Origin: a bacterium
GTDB lineage: Bacteria > UBA8248
Assembly (NCBI GenBank): GCA_965203325.1
Contig: OZ241875.1
Location: 2,112,001 to 2,176,000 of the forward strand
Reading direction: 5' to 3'
DNA length: 64,000 bases
The notes under the pieces are model-generated. The model was given only the letters and a program-made list of their open reading frames with translations. It was not told the DNA's origin and did not search any database. The position numbers and the translations under genes were made by a program. This document shows positions 9,301-18,052 of this stretch, in pieces (the stretch's first letter is position 1; every line of letters begins with the position of its first letter).

Positions 9301-9882
9301 TTATTCCGAACGAATTTCCGATGAGGGCGCGAACGCGCAGCCCGCCGCGCGCATCTCCTCGATGGCCTTCTCGCCGTCTCCGGGGTTGACGTTCACCGCC
9401 CGGATGGCGTCTTCCACCACGATCACCTCGAACCCCTCGCGCCTCGCGTCGAGCGCCGTGGCCTTCACGCAATAATCCGTGGCCAGCCCGCAAACGAAAA
9501 GACGCCCTATCCCTGCTGCTCTCAGGTCATCGGCGAGCGTGGTGCCGTCGAACCCCGAATACGCCTCGGCATCGCGGGTCGTGGCCTTGGATACCACCAT
9601 CTCCACAACGCCTGCGTTCATTCGTGGGTGAAATGCGGCACCTCGTGTCTCGGCTACGCAATGTACGGGCCATATCCCGCCCTCCGCCTCAAATGAGGTA
9701 TGATCGGCGGGGTGCCAGTCGCGCGTCGCCACCCTCATCCAGCCCGGGATACTCAGAAGCCCGTTCACCGGCGCGACGACCTCGTCCCCCTCGGCGACGG
9801 CGAGCGCTCCGCCCGGACAGAAATCCACTTGCAGATCGACGACGATGAGACCGTCTTGCGCACCCGGTGAGTATTCAGCCAT
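9301..9882 (-). CDS. pncA: nicotinamidase/pyrazinamidase (isochorismatase family)
   Basis: VVDLQVDFCPGGAL, DWHP, WPVHCV, YSGF, GLATDYCVKAT. Confidence 0.93.
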   Translation of the reverse strand: MAEYSPGAQDGLIVVDLQVDFCPGGALAVAEGDEVVAPVNGLLSIPGWMRVATRDWHPADHTSFEAEGGIWPVHCVAETRGAAFHPRMNAGVVEMVVSKATTRDAEAYSGFDGTTLADDLRAAGIGRLFVCGLATDYCVKATALDARREGFEVIVVEDAIRAVNVNPGDGEKAIEEMRAAGCAFAPSSEIRSE

Positions 9883-9886
9883 CGCC

Positions 9887-10702
9887 CTATCTCCTCTCTC
9901 CCAGCTTCAGGCGCCATTTTTTCCCGCCCGGACCCCTGCGTATGGAAACCTCTATCTCCTGTGGATTCTCCAGAAATGTCTTTTCGAAAAAATCCACCGT
10001 CTCAATTTTCTTTCCCCCCGCTTCGAATATGACGTCTCCCCGGCGAATGCCCGCCTGCGCAGCCGGAGCGCCTTCGCGGACCGAAGACACCAGGACGCCG
10101 CTCACCTCTCCACCGCCGAAAAAGCGCGCCAGCGCAGGCGTGAGCTCCTGGAGCACGAGACCCAGCTTTTCGGGGTGCGTGTATTCGGGCGGCGCATGGA
10201 AACCGCGTTCCATGACGATGGCCTTCACGTATATCGGAGATTTCATCCGCAACGCCAGCGCAACGGCGTCCGAAGGGCGGCTGTCGAGCGAAAAGCGCCG
10301 GCCCCCATCCTCCAAATCGATCAGGGCGAAATACGTGCCGTCCTTGATCTCCGTGATGACCACCCGGAGAACTTCCGCCTGGAGGGTTTTCAGCATGTTG
10401 CGCATCAAGTCGTGCGTCATCGGCCGATGATCCACGGCTTTTTCCAGCTCCATGAGAATCGCCCGCGCCTCCGCCGGACCGATCCAGATGGGCAACAGCT
10501 TGCCCCCGATTTTCTCCTGCAGCAGCAAGACGGGCTGGTCGTTCCTCTGATCGACCAGGATGTCCTTCACCTCGACCCGGCGAAGCGCGGAGAGGGCCGC
10601 CGCATCCGCGCTCAAGACGTTCGCATGAGCCATGAAAGCGACAAGAACGAAAAGAGCGCCGGAAAACACCTTTTTAAGCCGCATGACTTTGATTCCAGAC
10701 AT
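9887..10702 (-). CDS. bifunctional nuclease-family (DUF151/BFN) domain + C-terminal PDZ domain, with signal-peptide-like N-terminus
   Basis: LPIWIGPAEARAI, RPMTHDL, LDSRPSDAVALALR (DUF151). LGLVLQELT...GVLVSSV..GAPAAQAGIRRGDVI (HtrA-type PDZ). Start at 10702 or 10684. Confidence 0.88.
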   Translation of the reverse strand: MSGIKVMRLKKVFSGALFVLVAFMAHANVLSADAAALSALRRVEVKDILVDQRNDQPVLLLQEKIGGKLLPIWIGPAEARAILMELEKAVDHRPMTHDLMRNMLKTLQAEVLRVVITEIKDGTYFALIDLEDGGRRFSLDSRPSDAVALALRMKSPIYVKAIVMERGFHAPPEYTHPEKLGLVLQELTPALARFFGGGEVSGVLVSSVREGAPAAQAGIRRGDVIFEAGGKKIETVDFFEKTFLENPQEIEVSIRRGPGGKKWRLKLGERR

Positions 10703-10734
10703 TTTGCCCGCACTCGTGAAACCAGCGGGCTCCC

Positions 10735-11196
10735 TCAGCGAGCAGGTTGTGTCGAGACCCGGAATACGCATTCGGGAATCGCCATGTCCACAGGCTTCTG
10801 ACCCGGTTTTTCCTCCACCTTGGTCTCGTAGATTCCGTCGCAATCCACGTCGAGCAGCGTGATGTCGTATGGATACTTGCTGTCCACGTCGATGTTGATC
10901 GCGAAAATCCGGTTGTTGATGGTGAGCGTTTCGAACTGGAATTCCCACTCATCCAGGTATTGCTTGATCAGGGTTTCCTCTCCGGGAATGCGCCTGCTGA
11001 GGTCGCGCCGGATCCACCCGAGAAAACGAGAGCGGCTGAGTTCGGGCGTATCGAAACCCTCGGGCCTCTTCTCGATGGGGCCGTCCGGGTCCGCCGACGC
11101 CGCGAATACGCTTCCAGATCCCAATAGCGCGATCGCCAGGAAAACAAGGACACCGATTCGCGCGAGACGCATTATCATGGAAATCACCCTCGGCAT
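10735..11196 (-). CDS. hypothetical secreted protein
   Basis: Hydrophobic signal ending VFA, acidic mature region with a DVDCDG loop. First gene of a co-oriented run. Confidence 0.7.
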   Translation of the reverse strand: MPRVISMIMRLARIGVLVFLAIALLGSGSVFAASADPDGPIEKRPEGFDTPELSRSRFLGWIRRDLSRRIPGEETLIKQYLDEWEFQFETLTINNRIFAINIDVDSKYPYDITLLDVDCDGIYETKVEEKPGQKPVDMAIPECVFRVSTQPAR

Positions 11197-11452
11197 AGAC
11201 GTGACACCCGGCGGCTAGACAGGCCACGGAAGGCTTGTCACCCGTAAGATTAGCATTCGCCGCGCACCGCCTTCAAGAGATGAGCCCGCGCCACCGGGCA
11301 GCGCAGAAAACCCGGTCCGCCCGATGCGCTTTCACTTTTCGGCCAAGCGGATTATTCTTCACATATCGGCGGACACTCATCCCGACACAAGAGGTGCGTG
11401 CAGCACGCGTCTTGAGAATAACCATCACCGAAACCCCCGAGGAGAAACGCAC

Positions 11453-11806
11453 ATGACGACGAGAGAAAGAAAAGCCCGGCTCATCCGGCCCGATGAGCGT
11501 GATTCGGAAGGAATGGCGGGCGGCGCGAGCCACAAGGCCATCGTATCCAAAGAGGGCGAGGGCACCGACCTCACCGTCTACTACTCGCTCATACAGCCGG
11601 GGCAGACGCACGACTGGCATCATCACGAGGAGGATGAGGTCATATTCTGCGTGAGCGGCACGGGAAGGTACGACCTCGATGACGGCGAGATCAACTACGG
11701 CCCCGGACAATTCATCTTCATGCCCAAGGGCACGCGCCACTGCAACCACTGCGTGGGCGAAGAGGACGTGAGGCTGGTGGCCATCTTCCAGCCGGGCCGC
11801 GAATAA
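11453..11806 (+). CDS. cupin domain protein
   Basis: WHHHEEDE...G and PKGTRH cupin metal motifs. GAGGAG RBS before ATG 11453. Confidence 0.9.
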   Translation: MTTRERKARLIRPDERDSEGMAGGASHKAIVSKEGEGTDLTVYYSLIQPGQTHDWHHHEEDEVIFCVSGTGRYDLDDGEINYGPGQFIFMPKGTRHCNHCVGEEDVRLVAIFQPGRE

Positions 11807-11858
11807 AGGCGGCCATCCCTCACCCCTGAAGATATCGAGGCTACACCTGGAGACGAAG

Positions 11859-13256
11859 ATGGACCCCATGCAGAAAATCATCACCCACTACGCGGATCTC
11901 CGCTTCGAGGATCTGCCCGCAGAAGCCGTCGAGGCCACCAGAAGCCTCATCGTCGATGCGCTCGCATGCGCTCTGGCAGGTTCGGCCGCGCCCCTGAACC
12001 CCGAGATCATCGAACGCCACATCCGCTGGGGCGGCGCGCCCGAAGCGACGGTGCTCGTTTTCGGCGGAAAAACGCCCGCGCCGACGGCGGCCTGGCTGAA
12101 CGCCGCCATGATTCACTCGAACGATTTCGACGACACCGAAGACGTCACCCAGAACCACATCTTCGTGACGATTCTTCCCGCTCTTCTCGCCGCAGGCGAA
12201 AGCTGCGGGCGCACGATGCCGGGCCGTGAGGTCATCGCCGCCCTGGCGGGGGCCGCGGACGTGACTTTGCGGCTGAACGCCGTCGTGCACCAAAGCATAC
12301 ATCCGGGCTGGCTGCCCACCTCGGTGTTCGGCGCCGTGTCTGCCTCCATGGCCGCCGCCCGTGCCTTGGGGCTCGATGAAGAAGGGCTCGCCAACGCGGC
12401 GGGCTTCGGCTACGCGCAATCACACGGCAACCGCCAGGCGCTTCTCGACGGCACGGTCGCCAAGCGGCTCCAACCCGCCTTCAGCGCGCGTGCGGGGGTG
12501 CACTCGGCCGTTTTGGCGCAAACCGGCGCCACCGGCCCGAGACGCATCGTGGAGGGGGCGGACGGCGTAATCGAACTCTTCGGCGGCGGCGATGGCGACC
12601 CGGACGCGCTCACGAGAGAACTGGGTGAAACCTTCCACGTCACCCGTGTCGGCATGAAACCCTACCCGAGTTGCCGGGTGTCCCATCCTCACATCAGCGC
12701 CGCTCTGGAGGCGCGCGATCGGCTCGGTTCCTTCGGGGCGCAAGACGTCGAAAGCGTCGAGGTGTGGGCCACGCCCATCGGCCATTCGATGATCGGACAG
12801 CCGTTCCGGATCAGGGAAAACCCCCAGGTGGACGCGCAGTTCAGCGCGCAGTGGACGACGGCGTTCTCTCTCCTGAAGGGAGTGCCGCGAATCGCGCATT
12901 TCGACCCGGCGACAATCGTATCGGGCGCCGAGGTGATCGAACTCGCGCAGAAGACCAGGGTCCACATCTGGGAAGAAGGGAGCTTGCTGCTCACGCCCGT
13001 GCGCATCCGCGTCAAACTCAAAGACGGAAGAGAGGCCGATGTGACGCACGACAAGATAAAGGGCTCTCCCGATTGGGCCATGACCGAGGGAGAGAGGCGC
13101 GATAAATTCTTCTCCTGCGCCGAGGCCGCAGCAGTCGGGCTCGAACCCGAACTCGTTGAGCGCGCCTTCGAAGAACTCTCCGCACTTGAAGACTGCACCG
13201 ACATCCGACCCGTTCTCACCCGGCTCGCCGCCTCGAAAAACCCGGTGAGCGCGTAG
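11859..13256 (+). CDS. MmgE/PrpD family protein
   Basis: DFDDT, KPYPSC, AQFS, KGSP motifs and typical length (465 aa). Confidence 0.92.
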   Translation: MDPMQKIITHYADLRFEDLPAEAVEATRSLIVDALACALAGSAAPLNPEIIERHIRWGGAPEATVLVFGGKTPAPTAAWLNAAMIHSNDFDDTEDVTQNHIFVTILPALLAAGESCGRTMPGREVIAALAGAADVTLRLNAVVHQSIHPGWLPTSVFGAVSASMAAARALGLDEEGLANAAGFGYAQSHGNRQALLDGTVAKRLQPAFSARAGVHSAVLAQTGATGPRRIVEGADGVIELFGGGDGDPDALTRELGETFHVTRVGMKPYPSCRVSHPHISAALEARDRLGSFGAQDVESVEVWATPIGHSMIGQPFRIRENPQVDAQFSAQWTTAFSLLKGVPRIAHFDPATIVSGAEVIELAQKTRVHIWEEGSLLLTPVRIRVKLKDGREADVTHDKIKGSPDWAMTEGERRDKFFSCAEAAAVGLEPELVERAFEELSALEDCTDIRPVLTRLAASKNPVSA

Positions 13257-13290
13257 CATTTCGACTCGGGCGACTCTATAATTTTCGCCC

Positions 13291-14874
13291 ATGAGCCAAG
13301 ACGACACCCCAGTCATACACCCGGGCGCGAACATCGCCTGGGCGGCGAAGAGATACGGCCCGCGTGAAGCCGTGGTGGACGGCGAACGCCGTCTGAGCTT
13401 CTTCGACGTTCACGATCGCAGCAAGCGGGTCGCGAACGCGCTCGTTGCGCACGGCCTCGAGCCGGACGACCGCGTCGCCAAGCTCATGCGCAACCGCGCC
13501 GAGATCATCGAGATCAACTTCGGCGTGGCGATGGCGGGCGGGGCATCGCTGAACCTGCACGGGCGCAATGTCCTGAAAGAACACGTCCACATGCTGAACG
13601 ACTCTGAATCCGCGTTCCTCATCCTGGACGAAGCCCACAAGGAATACGCCGAAGGCATCCAAGAAGAATGCCCGGGTCTGCGCGCCGTCATCGCCGTAGG
13701 GTGGGAGGGCGCAGGCGTTACCGCATACGAGGACTGGCTGCAAAACAGCTCAAACCGAGAGCCTGGCGTCGTCCTCGGTCCGGATTCCCTCTTTCATCTG
13801 CACTACACCTCGGGCACGACGGGAACGCCCAAGGCGGTCGTCAACACGCACCGCACGCACGTCGCGTGGCTGGCGAAGTTTTTCCGGAACCTCGACTACC
13901 GGATGGGCGCGCAAGATTCCATGCTCCACGCCGGCCCCATGACGCACGCCTCGTTCAACTTCATCGAGCCCACGTTCTTGAGAGGCGCGCGCAACGTCGT
14001 CATGCCCGCCTTCGAGCCGGAGCTTTTTCTCGATATGGCGGAAAAAGAGAGGGCCACGACCACCTACCTCGTTTCCACGATGGTGCAGCGGCTCATCGAA
14101 TGCGAAAAGCTTGGCTGCGCCGACCTCTCGAGCCTGCACACGATCACCTATGGCGCCGCCCCCATATCGGAGGAGAACTTAAGGCACGCCATCGATCAGG
14201 TCGGCCCCATCTTCCGGCAGACGTATGGACTTACCGAAGCGCGCCAGCCCATCGCGATTCTCGACCCGTGGGACCACATGGTCGATGGAACGCCCGGGGA
14301 GCGTGCGCGCCTCGCCTCGTGCGGAAGGGTCGCGGCGGGCGTGGAGCTCGAACTCCTGGACGATGACGACCGCCCCGTCGCGGCAGGCGAGATGGGAGAA
14401 ATCTGCGTGCGAGGGGACTATGCCATGGCGCGCTACTGGAACAACCCCGAAGCCACGGCGGAGACCATGCGAAACGGCTGGGTGCACACCGGGGACCTCG
14501 CGGTGGCGGACGAGGAGGGGTATCTCTACATCGTGGACCGGAAGAAAGAGATGATCATCACGGGCGGGTTCAACGTCTATCCCTCCGAAGTCGAGCGCGC
14601 CCTGTGCCGCCACCCCGCCGTTCTGGAAGCTCTGGTAATCGGCGTGCCCGATGAGCAGTGGGGCGAGGCGGTCAAGGCGATGGTGGTGCTGCGCCCCGGG
14701 GAAACGCCCGAGCCTTCTGACATCATCGACTTCACGCAGCAAGAGATCGCCGGCTTCAAGAAGCCGAAACACATCGAGTTTCTGAGCGAAATTCCGAAGA
14801 ATCCGCAGGGAAAAGTCTTAAGGCGCGAGATCCGCGAAAAACACTGGGAGGGAAGAACGCGGCGGGTGAACTAG
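13291..14874 (+). CDS. acyl-CoA synthetase / AMP-binding enzyme
   Basis: YTSGTTGTPK, YGLTE, HTGD, DRKKEMIITGG, GKV. Confidence 0.95.
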   Translation: MSQDDTPVIHPGANIAWAAKRYGPREAVVDGERRLSFFDVHDRSKRVANALVAHGLEPDDRVAKLMRNRAEIIEINFGVAMAGGASLNLHGRNVLKEHVHMLNDSESAFLILDEAHKEYAEGIQEECPGLRAVIAVGWEGAGVTAYEDWLQNSSNREPGVVLGPDSLFHLHYTSGTTGTPKAVVNTHRTHVAWLAKFFRNLDYRMGAQDSMLHAGPMTHASFNFIEPTFLRGARNVVMPAFEPELFLDMAEKERATTTYLVSTMVQRLIECEKLGCADLSSLHTITYGAAPISEENLRHAIDQVGPIFRQTYGLTEARQPIAILDPWDHMVDGTPGERARLASCGRVAAGVELELLDDDDRPVAAGEMGEICVRGDYAMARYWNNPEATAETMRNGWVHTGDLAVADEEGYLYIVDRKKEMIITGGFNVYPSEVERALCRHPAVLEALVIGVPDEQWGEAVKAMVVLRPGETPEPSDIIDFTQQEIAGFKKPKHIEFLSEIPKNPQGKVLRREIREKHWEGRTRRVN

Positions 14875-14937
14875 AGGCCTGCCGCTTTCATCGTCGATGC
14901 AACGAAACGACTATTTTCAAAAAGGGGAGAGACGCCA

Positions 14938-15720
14938 ATGGACCTGACGCAAGAGTTCGGACTCAAGACCGTGAAATACCGCAAGGAAAACAAGATCGCC
15001 TACGTCACCCTGAACCGGCCCGACAAGCTGAACCCCTTGAGCTTCGCCACGGCGATGGAGCTTCTCACGTGCTGGGAGGACGTGAACGACGACAAGGAGG
15101 TGTGGGTGGCGATCCTCGCGGGCGAGGGGAAATCGTTTTGCTCGGGCTGGGATCAGAACCTCGAAGAAGACGAGCTCAAGATGGGCGCCGTGCGCCCCAA
15201 GGGGGTGCTCTACTGCGATCTCGACTGGATCAAGAAACCCATCATCTGCGCGGCGCAGGGCTACGCCATCGGCGGGGGGATGAGCCTGTTCCTCGGCGCG
15301 GACGTCCGCGTGGTTTCCGAAGACGCCTTGGTCGGCTATTCGCAGCCCAAGATCGGCATCATCAGCATCGGCGGGGCCATGCGCATGCCTGCGGCGATCC
15401 CGGGGCTCGCCAGATGGTACATGTTCTCGGGCGAACTCATCGACGCGGAAGAAGCCTACCGCCTCGGCCTCGTAGTGAAGATCGCCAAGAACGGAGAACT
15501 CCTCGACACCGCGACCGCCATGGCCGAGCAGATCATCGAGTGCTCGCCCATGACGGTGCAGCACACCAAGGAAGAGATCGCCGTGGCCGCCAACGTGTCG
15601 ATGTACGAGGGCTATCGCCTGTGCCGGCCCATCATGAACCGCTTCTACAAGACCGAAGACTACCGCGAGGGCAAGAACGCGTTCATGGAAAAACGGAAAC
15701 CCGTTTGGAAGAACTGCTGA
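14938..15720 (+). CDS. crotonase (enoyl-CoA hydratase/isomerase) superfamily protein
   Basis: TLNRPDKLN, FCSGWD, GYAIGGG, EGKNAFMEKRKP. Confidence 0.92.
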   Translation: MDLTQEFGLKTVKYRKENKIAYVTLNRPDKLNPLSFATAMELLTCWEDVNDDKEVWVAILAGEGKSFCSGWDQNLEEDELKMGAVRPKGVLYCDLDWIKKPIICAAQGYAIGGGMSLFLGADVRVVSEDALVGYSQPKIGIISIGGAMRMPAAIPGLARWYMFSGELIDAEEAYRLGLVVKIAKNGELLDTATAMAEQIIECSPMTVQHTKEEIAVAANVSMYEGYRLCRPIMNRFYKTEDYREGKNAFMEKRKPVWKNC

Positions 15721-15829
15721 GCAAGGACCGACGATAAACCGGAAGATTCGCAAGTCCGCCTCCAGGAGTTGCGGGATAGACCGGTATGGAGGATAAGCCT
15801 TACCGGTCATCCAGAACCCGGGAGCGCGC

Positions 15830-17023
15830 ATGGTTTCATCCAGGAAAGATGGGGAGGTCAGCATTCGAGAAGGCTGGCTGATCATCCTCACGTGTTTCAT
15901 CACCATATTCATCGCCTACACCACGGCCTTCATCCTGGGGCCCATGCTGGACGTCATGGGCGGCGACCTGGGCCTCTCCCTCTCGGCCATGGGGCAGCTT
16001 GCGGCCATCACCTTCATTCCCTGGGGGATAGGCGCGCCCCTGCTGGCGCCCATATCGGATCGCTATGGCCGAAAGCCGGTACTCATCATCGGGGTGGTGG
16101 GTCTCTCCCTCTCCAACATCGCCACCTCGTTCACAGACGGGTATCTCGCAGTGGCGGTCTGCCGCTTCATCGCGGGCCTGAGCGGCGCGCTCGTGCCGCC
16201 CACGGCGGTGGCGGTGATCGGCGACAACTTTACGGGCCGCGCGCGCGGACTCGCCATCGGTTTCTCGACGGCGGGCGTGGCGATGGGCCTGCTCGTCGGC
16301 GTCCCGAGCGTCGCGTTTCTGACGGATCACCTGGGCTGGCGCAACGCCCTTTGGATAGCGGGTCTTTTCGGCGCGGCGTTTTGTTTCTTCATGCTCCGCT
16401 CGCTCCCCTCCCGAAAGCTGAGCGACGTACCCACTTCCTTTCTGGCCAGCTTCGCGTGGATGCGCCAGGGCGCCACCTGGCTCCTTTTGAGCGGCAACGT
16501 CAGCGAGCGGCTCATGACTTCCACTTTTCTCACCTATGTATCCGTCTTTCTGATGCGCACCTTCGACGTTTCCCTTTCCACCGCCGGGAGCCTCATCACG
16601 GCGATGTCCGTGGGCGCGCTCATCGGCGGTCTTCTGGGCGGAGCGCTCGCCGGCGTGAGGCGGCGTTTTCTCATCATCACCGCCCTGGTGCTGCTCCAAG
16701 GAGAACTCCTGGCGTTTCATTTCTCAGGCTTGGGCTTTCTCACGCTTGCGATTGCGGCGGGTTTTCTGTTTTCGTTCTTCAGCCACCTGAGCCGTCCCGC
16801 CGTGATGGACGACCTGATATCGCTCGCCCCGCAGGCGCGCGGCGCGATCATCGGCTTCTATTCGACGAGCAACCAGGTGGGTCTCTTCCTAGGCGCCTCC
16901 CTGGGCGGATTCGCCATCCAGTGGGGCGGCTTCGAGGCGCTCAGCTGGCTCGTTCTGGGCGCGGCGATCCTCGGCGGGGGGTTCTACGCCGCCAGCGCGT
17001 GGGTGTTTCGGGCAAAGGGCTAG
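15830..17023 (+). CDS. MFS transporter
   Basis: About 12 hydrophobic segments and motif A ISDRYGRKPV. Confidence 0.92.
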   Translation: MVSSRKDGEVSIREGWLIILTCFITIFIAYTTAFILGPMLDVMGGDLGLSLSAMGQLAAITFIPWGIGAPLLAPISDRYGRKPVLIIGVVGLSLSNIATSFTDGYLAVAVCRFIAGLSGALVPPTAVAVIGDNFTGRARGLAIGFSTAGVAMGLLVGVPSVAFLTDHLGWRNALWIAGLFGAAFCFFMLRSLPSRKLSDVPTSFLASFAWMRQGATWLLLSGNVSERLMTSTFLTYVSVFLMRTFDVSLSTAGSLITAMSVGALIGGLLGGALAGVRRRFLIITALVLLQGELLAFHFSGLGFLTLAIAAGFLFSFFSHLSRPAVMDDLISLAPQARGAIIGFYSTSNQVGLFLGASLGGFAIQWGGFEALSWLVLGAAILGGGFYAASAWVFRAKG

Positions 17024-17060
17024 GCTCTCCTGCACCCGATTTACCACGGCAAAAAATCAC

Positions 17061-17159
17061 TATACGCTATTGCGTATATATATTACTTATACTTCATAGC
17101 GCATAAAAATAAAATATACGATGAAACGTATATTGATATTTTATACGTTTTAGCGTATA
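17061..17159. promoter_or_regulatory. array of four HipB-type operator palindromes (TATAC-N8-GTATA), 27-bp period
   Basis: TATACGctattgCGTATA (17061), TATACTtcatagCGCATA (17088), TATACGatgaaaCGTATA (17115), TATACGttttagCGTATA (17142), directly upstream of the hipB-like gene. Confidence 0.85.
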
Positions 17160-17183
17160 TTAGCTTTTAAGGAGGAATAGAAG

Positions 17184-17438
17184 ATGGGTGAGCACGTTAC
17201 CCGGTCGGAAAAGCAGTTGGGAGCGGTCCTGCGCCGGGTCCGCAAACAGCGGGGTTTCACGCAGGCTGGACTCGGTGAAAAAATCCACATGCGCCAAGCC
17301 ACCATCTCCAAGCTGGAGAGCGGCTCATCGGCAAGCCGGCTCCACACCCTGATGGCCTCTCTCGCCGCGCTGGATCTGGAACTGGTCGTGCGTCCGCGAA
17401 GCCGAAGCACAGGTGATGAGATCGAGGTGCTGTTCTGA
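17184..17438 (+). CDS. hipB: XRE-family HTH protein, HipB-like antitoxin
   Basis: QLGAVLRRVRKQRGFTQAGLG...QATISKLESG...LDLELVVRPR. AAGGAGG RBS, operator array upstream, hipA-like stub downstream. Confidence 0.85.
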   Translation: MGEHVTRSEKQLGAVLRRVRKQRGFTQAGLGEKIHMRQATISKLESGSSASRLHTLMASLAALDLELVVRPRSRSTGDEIEVLF

Positions 17439-17560
17439 CTGCCAGACAACGCACTCACATACCGCTGGCCGTCTATATGAACAGCCGCCTCGTCGGGCGG
17501 TTGAACAAAGAGCCGAAAGAGCATTACGAAAGGTTTTCGCAGACGCCTGCGTTTGCTTGA
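17438..17560 (+). pseudogene. hipA: hipA toxin N-terminal remnant
   Basis: Frame from 17441 reads ARQRTHIPLAVYMNSRLVGRLNKE, resembling HipA N-termini (LxVxxNxxxVGxL). The expected start overlapping the hipB stop reads ACT, and the frame stops at 17560. Confidence 0.7.
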
Positions 17561-17610
17561 ATCCTGAACGGCATCTCCATGACTCCAAGCCCCGAAGCAC
17601 AGAAACTGGA

Positions 17611-17916
17611 GGGGCTGTTGAAAAAGCCTCGCTTCGCTTGGGATTGACCTTCGCCTTTGTTCGTCATTCCGGCGAAAGCCGGAATCCATTGTCGCCTTTG
17701 TCTTTGGCCTTTCGCCCGGTCGTCCTCTCTCCCGACCGGGGAAGATACGGACGCCGCCATATATATCCGCCTCATCCGTTTCGGATTCGGGCGCGGCGTT
17801 CCCTTCCGTGAGCTAGAATCAAATACGAAAACGAAAGCAAAAATCATAAAATGGATTCCGGCTTTCGCCGGAATGACGGTGGGCCACCCACATCGAGAGA
17901 CTTTTTCAACAGCCCC
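17611..17916. mobile_element. MITE-like element with perfect 16-bp terminal inverted repeats and an internal REP doublet
   Basis: GGGGCTGTTGAAAAAG (17611-17626) and CTTTTTCAACAGCCCC (17901-17916). Internal inverted pair CGTCATTCCGGCGAAAGCCGGAATCCATT at 17662-17690 and 17850-17878. No transposase. Confidence 0.72.
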
Positions 17917-17923
17917 CCGTAAA

Positions 17924-17999
17924 GGCGGTTCGCGAACCACCCCTACGGGAGCAAACGCCTCGAACGGTATCTTAGGGACAGGTCGCGACCTGTCCCTAC
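17924..17999 (-). repeat. two GTAG-type REP hairpins
   Basis: On the minus strand: GTAGGGGTGGTTCGCGAACCGCC (17924-17946) and GTAGGGACAGGTCGCGACCTGTCCCTA (17973-17999). Confidence 0.75.
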
Positions 18000-18052
18000 G
18001 GGCAAAGAGGGTTCGGCTCTCCGAAGAGAAACAACTCCAACCGCCCGCCGCC

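Noticed and set aside
17061..17159. Possible mini-CRISPR or iteron array
   Set aside because: Units are 18-bp palindromes with 9-bp gaps, far too short for spacers. No cas or rep gene is nearby, and the hipB context explains them.
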